The position numbers were made by a program, and so were the translations under genes. From the IMG/VR virus record IMGVR_UViG_3300021142_000017: a DNA stretch of 64,000 nucleotides. One strand, written 5' to 3'. The notes below the pieces were generated by a model. The model was not told the origin of the DNA, did not search any database, and worked only from the letters and a program-made list of their open reading frames with translations. How positions within the stretch are numbered: position 1 is the first letter of the stretch; each line of letters begins with the position of its first letter. Below, one piece after another: positions 38,880 through 46,328 of the stretch. This stretch comes from an uncultured virus (IMG/VR IMGVR_UViG_3300021142_000017). Taxonomy: Duplodnaviria > Heunggongvirae > Uroviricota > Caudoviricetes.

Positions 38880-39041
38880 ATGTTAATTTGTGATAGGTGC
38901 GCTGAGGTTGTTCAGACTGGTGAAGTCTGTCCTGTGTGTAAGCAGGAAGATGCAATCATTTGGCGCCCTGACGCTTTCAAGGAGCACATTTGGGCTCTTG
39001 ATGAGCAATTCGCATACAATCATGGCTTAGACGAATACTAA
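38880..39041 (+). CDS. Early Zn-ribbon protein (53 aa)
   Basis: MLICDRC...CPVC...; GGGGG RBS; sole gene of its unit. Confidence 0.65.
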   Translation: MLICDRCAEVVQTGEVCPVCKQEDAIIWRPDAFKEHIWALDEQFAYNHGLDEY

Positions 39042-39053
39042 GCTTGCTGTCAG

Positions 39054-39080
39054 AAGCCCCGCCTAATAAGCGGGGTTTTT
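39054..39080 (+). terminator. Intrinsic terminator
   Basis: CCCCGC...GCGGGG-TTTTT. Confidence 0.75.
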
Positions 39081-39147
39081 GTTTGTGTTGGTGGGTGGCG
39101 CACTTGACATACATGGGCTTGAGCAGCTTAAGCTGCTCAACACAAAC
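39081..39147. repeat. GTTTGTGTTG...CAACACAAAC inverted-repeat element 2
   Basis: 47-bp spacer; perfect 22-bp palindrome TTGAGCAGCTTAAGCTGCTCAA. Confidence 0.85.
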
Positions 39148-39165
39148 ATTCGGCGTGTCGGATTC

Positions 39166-39259
39166 CTGAGAACTTGCTGATTGTTATAAACCACGTTATA
39201 GAAGATTGACGGGTAAGAGAAAGTAGAGAAAGATACTCCTTGTTGGACAGACCACCAAC
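39166..39259 (+). promoter_or_regulatory. Early promoter cassette 4 with AGACC +1 hairpin
   Basis: CTGAGA-N5-CTGATT, GTTATAAA, GTTATAGA, TTGACG (weak -10), GTTGG-ACAGACCA-CCAAC. Confidence 0.7.
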
Positions 39260-39275
39260 GAATAGGGGTAAGAGA

Positions 39276-39428
39276 ATGACAAGAAAACACTTCCGCGCGA
39301 TTGCGGATTGCTTGAAGAACACCAACGCGAGCGCTCATACATGTGAGGCTTTTGCCATCTATCTCAAAACAGAAAACCCACGCTTTGATGTGGCTAAGTT
39401 CCTCACAGCGTGCGGAGTAAGCGCATGA
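39276..39428 (+). CDS. Small early protein, RK...NxRFD family, copy 1
   Basis: MTRKHFRAIA...ENPRFDVAKFLTACG; AGGGG RBS. Confidence 0.7.
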   Translation: MTRKHFRAIADCLKNTNASAHTCEAFAIYLKTENPRFDVAKFLTACGVSA

Positions 39429-39661
39429 ACCAAGTACAGGGCGAACTCCTCATAATGGGGCTTGAATTAGAAATTAAGACTTGGAACAGGGGCGGAGTCA
39501 AGGGCTCCCGCATGCAACTTACAGCGGAGTCTAGCCTCCATGCCTTTACCCGACTAACAGGTATAAATCCTGGGCGCGGTATCAAGGGGCGCGAAAACGC
39601 TATACGTATGATTAAAGAAGCGCTAGCAGACGCTGGAGCACGAGAGGAGGTAAGCGCCTAA
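39425..39661 (+). CDS. Early hypothetical protein
   Basis: MNQVQGEL start by ATGA overlap. Confidence 0.6.
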   Translation: MNQVQGELLIMGLELEIKTWNRGGVKGSRMQLTAESSLHAFTRLTGINPGRGIKGRENAIRMIKEALADAGAREEVSA

Positions 39662-39662
39662 G

Positions 39663-39695
39663 TTATCCACAGCTTTGTCCACACCCTGTGGATAA
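39663..39695. promoter_or_regulatory. Cluster of three DnaA boxes
   Basis: TTATCCACA-gct-TTGTCCACA-ccc-TGTGGATAA. Confidence 0.8.
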
Positions 39696-39696
39696 A

Positions 39697-39768
39697 GTTT
39701 GTGTTGGAGCGAGTAGAGCGAGCGACAATAAAAAGCATGTTGGGCACCTAACGGCACCCAACACAAAC
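39697..39768. repeat. GTTTGTGTTG...CAACACAAAC inverted-repeat element 3
   Basis: 52-bp spacer; inner 22-nt TTGGG-N12-CCCAA. Confidence 0.85.
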
Positions 39769-39781
39769 AACTGGGCGGTTC

Positions 39782-39876
39782 CTGAGAATTGTCTGAGCGT
39801 TATAAATCCTGTTATAAAAGATTGACCCCGCGAGAGAGTGAGAGTAGATTGCTCTTACTAGGTCAGACCCCCTAGT
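39782..39876 (+). promoter_or_regulatory. Early promoter cassette 5 with AGACC +1 hairpin
   Basis: CTGAGA-N5-CTGAGC, two GTTATAAA, TTGACC-17-TAGATT, ACTAGG-TCAGACCC-CCTAGT. Confidence 0.8.
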
Positions 39877-39892
39877 GAAAAAGAGGAAAGAA

Positions 39893-40375
39893 ATGTCAGA
39901 TATGGAAACAGTACAGGATAAAACCTATACTTATGCCGATATTAACCAAGCGACCGCAGATGGTGGAGCATGGGGTACACGCACCGAGAAGGCACGCTCA
40001 CAGGCGCGCACTCTTGAAGTATTCAAGTCAGAAGTCCGCGAAGGCAACATTGAGCGCGGATATGCCACAGAACTATTCAACGCTATTGCCGAGGCTAATG
40101 GCTGGGAAAAAGTCAATGCTATCGCCACAACCTATACAGTACTCGTAAGTGTATTTGGTATGTCTGTAATGGAAGTCGAAGGCGTAGAAGCCGAGTCAGA
40201 AGAAGACGCGTGCGAAGTAGTCGAGAACGATATTGAGGTCGCAGACCTAGATGTCACCTTCACCCTTACCTCTATGGGTAATTCAGGTTATGGAAGCGCA
40301 AGCGGATATGACTATGATTTTGACTCTGTAATTCAGGAACACATTGAGTTCCAAGCCAGCGAGGAGGAAGTATGA
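39893..40375 (+). CDS. Acidic early protein
   Basis: MSDMETVQ start after AGAGG; Glu/Asp-rich (VEAESEEDA). Confidence 0.7.
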   Translation: MSDMETVQDKTYTYADINQATADGGAWGTRTEKARSQARTLEVFKSEVREGNIERGYATELFNAIAEANGWEKVNAIATTYTVLVSVFGMSVMEVEGVEAESEEDACEVVENDIEVADLDVTFTLTSMGNSGYGSASGYDYDFDSVIQEHIEFQASEEEV

Positions 40376-40545
40376 GCCGAAAGGACTACCGCGCTATCGC
40401 AAGCGCACTAAAATCATTCAAGGAAGGTCAGGAGGCTGGCTTCAACCCCAGCCTTGCTGATATAGCCAGCGCACTAGCAGGTGTCTTGGCACAGGACAAC
40501 GACCGATTTGACCGCACTAAGTTTTTGGAGGCTTGTGGGCTATGA
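40372..40545 (+). CDS. Small early protein, RK...NxRFD family, copy 2 (57 aa)
   Basis: MSRKDYRAIA...DNDRFDRTKFLEACGL; ATGA overlaps at both ends; not in the ORF track. Confidence 0.7.
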   Translation: MSRKDYRAIASALKSFKEGQEAGFNPSLADIASALAGVLAQDNDRFDRTKFLEACGL

Positions 40546-41036
40546 ACACTAAAGAACGCGAATATCGCTTCTTAGAACTAATGTCAGCAGTTTCAATGCT
40601 CCCTTCTGTAGAAATGAACGGAGATGACCTCCCCGAAACTTCCGAGGAGTGGGTATTCCCTAACTATGCTAATGGACTATCAGATGAGAGGATAGCGCGC
40701 GCAGTATTGGCGCAAACCCTCCAAGAAGATGAGGAGTTCCAATTCAAGGTAGTCACAACTCTCTGTAATAGCGCAATAACCTCCATAAAGTCTAAGGAAA
40801 ATGGCGCGAATTGCTCTGATGAGATAGAGGCGTTAGGATTAGCCCTAGTCATATTGTGGGCTACATATCGCGTTAAGCCAATGTTGGGCTTAATGGGTAT
40901 CGTTGGAGGTATCTGTATGGAGTTCGACCTATATCCTCCTACGAGTTTAGGCTCATGGATACAGAACCCAGCGAGCGCAGAACACTATAAAGACGAAAAT
41001 CCCCTAGAATTAGTCCGAGGCAAGTCCAAAGACTAA
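40542..41036 (+). CDS. Early hypothetical protein
   Basis: MNTKERE start, GGAGG RBS. Confidence 0.65.
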   Translation: MNTKEREYRFLELMSAVSMLPSVEMNGDDLPETSEEWVFPNYANGLSDERIARAVLAQTLQEDEEFQFKVVTTLCNSAITSIKSKENGANCSDEIEALGLALVILWATYRVKPMLGLMGIVGGICMEFDLYPPTSLGSWIQNPASAEHYKDENPLELVRGKSKD

Positions 41037-41123
41037 TAGGTAGTAGGTCACTACCTCCGAGAGGCGCAAAACTATCCGAGCCTGACATTCGCCGTAATTG
41101 TCTAACGCCTCTCACCCCCTATA

Positions 41124-41164
41124 GAGCTCCCAGCTTCCTTCAATGCTGCTGGGGGTTTCTTTTT
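41124..41164 (+). terminator. Intrinsic terminator
   Basis: CTCCCAGC...GCTGGGGG-TTTCTTTTT. Confidence 0.7.
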
Positions 41165-41189
41165 GCCTGAAGACCAATGCCGCGCAAAT

Positions 41190-41294
41190 GTTTGTGTTGA
41201 CCCACCCTCCCCTATGTTAATAGAACATATCCCTATTAGATTCTGCCTATTCAGCAGAATCATTGGACATAGCGTAGCAATGTCCAACACAAAC
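41190..41294. repeat. GTTTGTGTTG...CAACACAAAC inverted-repeat element 4
   Basis: 85-bp spacer with several hairpins, the last TTGGACAT-N9-ATGTCCAA. Confidence 0.85.
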
Positions 41295-41310
41295 ACGCGC
41301 TCGGGCGTGT

Positions 41311-41380
41311 CTGAGAGTTTTCTGAGAGAGCCAGCCTTGTTATAAACCGCCTTGACAAAGAGAGGGCGAGAGAGTAGGGG
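41311..41380 (+). promoter_or_regulatory. Early promoter cassette 6
   Basis: Perfect CTGAGA-GTTTT-CTGAGA, GTTATAAA, TTGACA; -10 (TAGGGG) is poor. Confidence 0.6.
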
Positions 41381-41492
41381 CGCAGGCTACTGCCAAATGT
41401 CAATAAACCAATATGTAGGCATACGACCAGATTTTCTGCTATTGGGCGAGAGGTGCTATCAGATAAGAGAGCGAAAGAGAGCAGAGAGAAGC

Positions 41493-41563
41493 CTGATAGT
41501 TTCCTGTGAATAGGTATTTCGTTATAAATGGGATTGACCTATCTCTCTCCCTATCCCTACTAT
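41493..41563 (+). promoter_or_regulatory. Early promoter cassette 7 (MoxR-VWA operon)
   Basis: CTGATA-N5-CTGTGA, GTTATAAA, TTGACC-18-TACTAT. Confidence 0.7.
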
Positions 41564-41633
41564 CCTCCTACAAAGGGGAATTAAAAGTGATTTCCTATAA
41601 GCGCGCCATAGGCGCATAGAGAGGCAGTAAGTA

Positions 41634-43019
41634 ATGTCAATAGCAATTCTAGTAGAAAGCCAAGCGGAGGAGTTAGACAACCTCCCGACAATGGCTCAAA
41701 GTCTTATATTCGGCTATAAAGATGAGGTTCATGTCTATCACCGCCTATCAAATGGCAGTAAGGGCAAGGGTCAAGCATGGAAGCGTGTAGCAAGTGATGA
41801 GATGTATATTCTCCCTACCTCTCCTATCGCACACACACCAGCAGGAGCAATTATCACAGAGCGCGACCTAGACCTAGTTGGATTGGGTCAAGTCACCAAT
41901 ATCGCCACTAAGGCTATCTATGCCAATGAGAAGGCAGAACCTATTAGCGCGCCACTTTCACACCAAGAGGCAGTAATGCTTATTGGCTATCGCATAATGG
42001 AGGGCGATACCTCTCTCACAGAGTTGGTAAAAGATGAACGCACTAGCACAGGTTCACCGACTATCTTTCAACCAGCAGAAGGTGTAATACAAAATATCGC
42101 GGAAAGCGCGCCTATCGAAGTGGCTGAACAAGCAGAACAAGTAGAGAAGTTATCTATGAGTTTATCCATGATTACCTCTCCCGATAAAAAGTGGGGCGAG
42201 CAATATATCAACCGAAAGTTTGACGGCTCAACAGAGTGGGAGATTTATGACCATGCTAGGGAGAACGCTATAAATGTCCTATTGGAGGGGCAAGCAGGTT
42301 CAGGTAAGACAATGAGCGTTCAAGGTTATGCCAGCAAGCGCGGATTAAAATACTTCAATATCTCCTCTAATCAGGGTATTGACCCAAGCCAATTATTCGG
42401 GCGTTGGGTACCTAATGCCAATGGTCAGGGATATATGTGGCAAGACGGAGCAGTAACTCTCCTATTTAGACATGGAGGAGTGCTACTCATAAATGAAGTC
42501 AATTTCCTTCCCGTTCGTATCTCAACAGTACTATTTTCAGGGCTTGATTATAGGCGCGAAATACAGTTACTAGAGAACGGCGGAGAAGTAATCAAGGCTC
42601 ACCCCGACCTGCTAATTGTGGCTGATATGAACTACGGCTACAAAGGCACACAAGAACTCAACCAAGCGTTTAGCGATAGGTTCGCTATCAAATTGGAGTT
42701 TCCTTATGACCGCGCTATCGAAAACAAGGTAGTCAATAACACCGCGCTATTAACACTCGCTGACCAATTACGCGAACAATATGAGAAAGAGGAACTATCA
42801 ACCCCTATCTCCACTCGCGCGCTAGTCGCGTTTATCCATAACGCCAATAAGTTTGGAGTTAATTTCGCTATCACAAGTTTCGTTAATGGATTTCACAAAG
42901 ACGAACGGAGTGGAGTGCGCCTAGCGTGTGAAACTCATAAAGACAATATCGCAGAAGCACTAGGTCATGTTATCCCTACTTACGCAAGCACACTAGAGAA
43001 GGAAATTATTCATGCCTAA
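41634..43019 (+). CDS. MoxR/CbbQ/CobS-like AAA+ ATPase with an N-terminal extension
   Basis: Walker A GQAGSGKT, WQDG, Walker B variant LLINEVN, MN.GYKGT.ELNQAFSDRF, ISTR. Confidence 0.9.
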   Translation: MSIAILVESQAEELDNLPTMAQSLIFGYKDEVHVYHRLSNGSKGKGQAWKRVASDEMYILPTSPIAHTPAGAIITERDLDLVGLGQVTNIATKAIYANEKAEPISAPLSHQEAVMLIGYRIMEGDTSLTELVKDERTSTGSPTIFQPAEGVIQNIAESAPIEVAEQAEQVEKLSMSLSMITSPDKKWGEQYINRKFDGSTEWEIYDHARENAINVLLEGQAGSGKTMSVQGYASKRGLKYFNISSNQGIDPSQLFGRWVPNANGQGYMWQDGAVTLLFRHGGVLLINEVNFLPVRISTVLFSGLDYRREIQLLENGGEVIKAHPDLLIVADMNYGYKGTQELNQAFSDRFAIKLEFPYDRAIENKVVNNTALLTLADQLREQYEKEELSTPISTRALVAFIHNANKFGVNFAITSFVNGFHKDERSGVRLACETHKDNIAEALGHVIPTYASTLEKEIIHA

Positions 43020-44889
43020 AGGCAGAACTTACGATTACTTCAATGATGTAATGAATACCGCTATCCCGACTCGTAATGAGTCGGGGGAGTGGATTTACGC
43101 TGATGAGTTTGGCAGAACGCGTGATGAACTTCTATTAGATTATGTCGAAAGGCAGAACGAGTTAGACAGTATCGCCAGCGTATATCAGACCGCAGATAAA
43201 ATTATTACAGGTGATGATATTTCGGTATCGGTAACCGCCAATAGTGAAATGAATACTACCGCCATGAATAATGGTAAGGAGATTATCTACAACGCCAGCC
43301 TAATAGAGGATTTAGATAGTGAAACTATCGCCAGCCTTCATGGAACTAATTACCATGAAGTCGCGCATATTCTATTCTCCCCAAGAGCAGGGAGCGCACT
43401 AGGTCAATTCGTAAAGGAGCAGAAGGTTACTCGCGCCTACAATATGTTGGAGGAGGCTAGAATTGAACGCTTGATGATAGCCAAGTACCCAAGCACTAGA
43501 TTATTCCTAGAAACTGCTATTACCTCCTACCTATTAAAAGATGACCCTAGTGAGTGGGGAAACCAATACCCACTATTAACAGGGCGCAGTTATGTAGATG
43601 TAGATATTCGCCAAGCAGTTGCCAATAAGTTTATTAACAAGTATGGAGTGGAGTTAGCACAGAAGGTACAGGATATTGTCCACGCATATAGCAGTTTAGT
43701 ATTCCCTACCGATTTCAATAATGCCAAAGACCTGCTAACCATGTTCGCTGATATTGTCGGCAGAGATACAGAGCAGACAGAGATGAAGTCAGGTGAGCAT
43801 GGCGAGCGCATGGTAGGAGCAAAGGGCAGACCTGCTAGTGTCAGGGAGCAAGAACGCCTACAAAAGCGAGCAGAACAGAACCAAGAGCCACGCGAAAAAC
43901 TAAAAAGGGGCGAAGGTGTTGGAGGAAATAACACAGTAGAAAGCACCGAAACAACGGAATATACCCAAGAAGATGAGCGCGTAGCCAAAAAAGTAACCGA
44001 ACGCATGAACGAAATTAAGAACGATAGCGTTGTGAAGCGTGAGGTATCAGAAACTCGTAAAGCAATTACAGGTAATGAGGATATTAAGTCGGTAATTAAG
44101 AAAGCAGAACTATTGGAAATGGAACCAAGCCAAGTGGCAATATCCTATGCGCGAAAGTTTGGCACAGAGTTGGAGCGATTAGTCAGAAACAATGACCCAA
44201 TGTGGGATAGTCGAACCCCAAGTGGCAAGTTAAATATCTCTCGCACCATGAACCCTGATGTTAATTCTATTGGAGAAATGTTTGACCAATGGAATATCGG
44301 CAACGATAACACCGACATAGAAGCAGTAATGCTCCTAGACAATTCAGGTTCAATGGGCGGATATATGAAAGAGGTATGTCAGAACGCATGGATTATTAAG
44401 CGCGGAGTAGAAACTATTGACGGCTCCGTATCGGTATTCGCGTTTGACCATGAGAGTAAAAAGATGTATGACAAAACAGAAAAAGCCTTACCGCGCAAGT
44501 TTAGATTTATCCAAAGTAGAGGCAATACTGCTCCGTTTCGTACTCTCATAGAAGCAGAGCGCGTACTAACTGCTACCGATAAACCTATCAAAATACTATT
44601 CATGCTAACCGACGGAGATTGGGCAGACAATGAGGAGTGCGATAAAGTAATCAAGCGACTCAATGAAATTGGAGTGCTAACCTGCCTAGTATTCCTTAGT
44701 GACTATTCTAGTTGGGAGCAGATTATTGAAGCCAGCAAGAACCCGTTACACGAGAACCATGAGTACTACTCTCGCAAGATTTCAGAGTGGAGGCATGGAG
44801 TCAAGGTATTCAGAGCAGTAACCAAGCCTAGAGATGTATTAGATGTAGCCAATGACCTAGTCACCAGCACACTAGAAAGGAGCAGATAA
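43012..44889 (+). CDS. VWA-domain protein (CobT/NorD-like partner) with an N-terminal HExxH motif
   Basis: HEVAH...NMLEEARIE; SGKLN; MIDAS DNSGS; GNT; MLTDG. Confidence 0.88.
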   Translation: MPKGRTYDYFNDVMNTAIPTRNESGEWIYADEFGRTRDELLLDYVERQNELDSIASVYQTADKIITGDDISVSVTANSEMNTTAMNNGKEIIYNASLIEDLDSETIASLHGTNYHEVAHILFSPRAGSALGQFVKEQKVTRAYNMLEEARIERLMIAKYPSTRLFLETAITSYLLKDDPSEWGNQYPLLTGRSYVDVDIRQAVANKFINKYGVELAQKVQDIVHAYSSLVFPTDFNNAKDLLTMFADIVGRDTEQTEMKSGEHGERMVGAKGRPASVREQERLQKRAEQNQEPREKLKRGEGVGGNNTVESTETTEYTQEDERVAKKVTERMNEIKNDSVVKREVSETRKAITGNEDIKSVIKKAELLEMEPSQVAISYARKFGTELERLVRNNDPMWDSRTPSGKLNISRTMNPDVNSIGEMFDQWNIGNDNTDIEAVMLLDNSGSMGGYMKEVCQNAWIIKRGVETIDGSVSVFAFDHESKKMYDKTEKALPRKFRFIQSRGNTAPFRTLIEAERVLTATDKPIKILFMLTDGDWADNEECDKVIKRLNEIGVLTCLVFLSDYSSWEQIIEASKNPLHENHEYYSRKISEWRHGVKVFRAVTKPRDVLDVANDLVTSTLERSR

Positions 44890-45095
44890 TGGAGCCAACA
44901 CAAAATACTGATGATGAGCAGATTGAAATAGTTATATCCCCTATTGACTACGCAGTAATGATGAGGGAGGTGCTTATTCGGCTACACGATTTATTAGAGC
45001 AGGATAAGTTTGATAAAGACAACGCCATGAACCTAGTCAAGACCGCGCAGGATTATCTATTCTATTTAGAGGATAACAGGAGGGTAATACTATGA
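44889..45095 (+). CDS. Early hypothetical protein
   Basis: TAATG overlap, AAGGAG RBS. Confidence 0.65.
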   Translation: MEPTQNTDDEQIEIVISPIDYAVMMREVLIRLHDLLEQDKFDKDNAMNLVKTAQDYLFYLEDNRRVIL

Positions 45096-45265
45096 ACGAT
45101 AAAGAACTCAATGAGGAATTACAAGATGAGCGTATCAAGGCACTAGAACTACAAGTGAAGGTGATGAGGGGCGCGTTGGAGTTGATGTATGAAGTCTTAA
45201 ATAAACAAAAGGATTTGAATACTTCAATGAAAGAAACCATAGAGATATTGGCAAAAGTCCTATGA
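45092..45265 (+). CDS. Small coiled-coil protein (57 aa)
   Basis: MNDKELNEELQDERIKALELQVKV...; ATGA overlaps; not in the ORF track. Confidence 0.6.
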   Translation: MNDKELNEELQDERIKALELQVKVMRGALELMYEVLNKQKDLNTSMKETIEILAKVL

Positions 45266-45486
45266 GCCAGCACCACTTTATTATTCACTACGATACCGAC
45301 AGTAAAGAGTGGGTATGGGATATTGAAAGCGAGCAAGCAAGGTTCACAGAGGGTTCGATATACGCTGATGAGAAATGGGTAGGCAACACTTACACAGAGG
45401 CTATTCAGAGTATTGACAATGACCTATCGGAGGATTTAGGGTTAGTTATCAACCAATTAAACAGAGAGGCAATTAAATGGGCTTAG
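45262..45486 (+). CDS. Early acidic hypothetical protein
   Basis: QHHFII.YDTD...W..D.E..ARF..GSIY. Confidence 0.65.
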   Translation: MSQHHFIIHYDTDSKEWVWDIESEQARFTEGSIYADEKWVGNTYTEAIQSIDNDLSEDLGLVINQLNREAIKWA

Positions 45487-45953
45487 ATATGTATTTATAC
45501 GCAGAGAGATATGTAAGTGGGTCAGGGTTTATGAACCCAAGTGATACAGAAACTTACAATACCCTTCTCATGGCAATAGGTGGAGAGAAGTTTGGAAACA
45601 AAGAGTTACCTTCTGCCACAGTTAAATTAAAAGTAGGTTATTGGCGCAAGGCTAATGCTATCCATGACTATTTCGTAAAAGAGTGCCAGAACGGAATAGA
45701 TGAGTGCCAAGAAACTTATATTGAGAGAGGTAGTTTAATAGAACTTAGGGATAAGTGCTTAGAACTTATCAAAAACAGAGGCAATAATGAGTTAGCCAAA
45801 AAGTTACTACCAACGGCTGAAGGCTTCTTCTTCGGAGGAGTTGAGTATGACGATTGGTATTGGCAAGAGATTGAAGATACCTATAAACTACTGACCGATT
45901 TACTGATAAATGTCCCTGATGATTGGCAGTTTATCTATAGAAGCAGTTGGTAA
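45477..45953 (+). CDS. Conserved phage protein (MGLDMYL...YWRKAN family)
   Basis: MGLDMYL, YWRKANAIH.YFV, LLPT..GFFFG..YD.WY, Y.SSW. Confidence 0.8.
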   Translation: MGLDMYLYAERYVSGSGFMNPSDTETYNTLLMAIGGEKFGNKELPSATVKLKVGYWRKANAIHDYFVKECQNGIDECQETYIERGSLIELRDKCLELIKNRGNNELAKKLLPTAEGFFFGGVEYDDWYWQEIEDTYKLLTDLLINVPDDWQFIYRSSW

Positions 45954-45960
45954 AAGAGAG

Positions 45961-46116
45961 TTGGTAAGGCTAGGGTAGGACAAGACTAAGACTAATACGC
46001 GCTCCACGCTAAGTGTTGAGGCAGAATATCGCCAATAGACCAAGAGCCCCGACCGCGTTGTAGGGCGCGAAAGCGCAGGGATTAGATACCCGAAACGCTG
46101 TGCCTAGCCTTACCAA
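45961..46116 (+). ncRNA. Candidate structured ncRNA containing the 16S rRNA 790-loop sequence
   Basis: Intergenic; perfect 14-bp closing stem TTGGTAAGGCTAGG/CCTAGCCTTACCAA; inner GCGC-GAAA-GCGC and GGG-ATTAGATA-CCC hairpins. Confidence 0.65.
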
Positions 46117-46148
46117 ATACCACTAAACAAAGGAGAGAGAAAGTAACA

Positions 46149-46328
46149 ATGGGTAATTTAGGAGAGGAAATAGAGGAGAGAGTTAAGTTAGAGAACAAGT
46201 TAGCCTACCTATCAAGAGAGGTATGGGGAGATAACGCAGTAGAGAAGTTAGTTGTAGCAATATCTAGTATCAGCACAGAGAGCCAATTAAGCGCGCTCAT
46301 AGCCCACCTAACAAGAGAGATGAAATAA
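46149..46328 (+). CDS. Small helical protein (59 aa)
   Basis: MGNLGEEIEERVKLENKLAYLSREVWGDNAVE...; AAGGAG upstream. Confidence 0.6.
   Translation: MGNLGEEIEERVKLENKLAYLSREVWGDNAVEKLVVAISSISTESQLSALIAHLTREMK

Noticed and set aside
41059..41113. c-di-GMP-I riboswitch (GGCGCAAAACTAT resembles part of the motif)
   Set aside because: Lacks the GGCAAAC-stem-GAAA arm and matching 3' strand, and lies in a 3' UTR
37887..41294. Early-island repeats as a CRISPR array or MITE/IS ends
   Set aside because: Repeats are short, inverted and separated by whole genes; no target-site duplications or transposase
45961..46116. True rRNA gene fragment, tRNA, or hammerhead/pistol/twister ribozyme
   Set aside because: 16S similarity is patchy; no cloverleaf; no CUGANGA core or required pseudoknot found by eye. 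Kept only as an unknown structured RNA.
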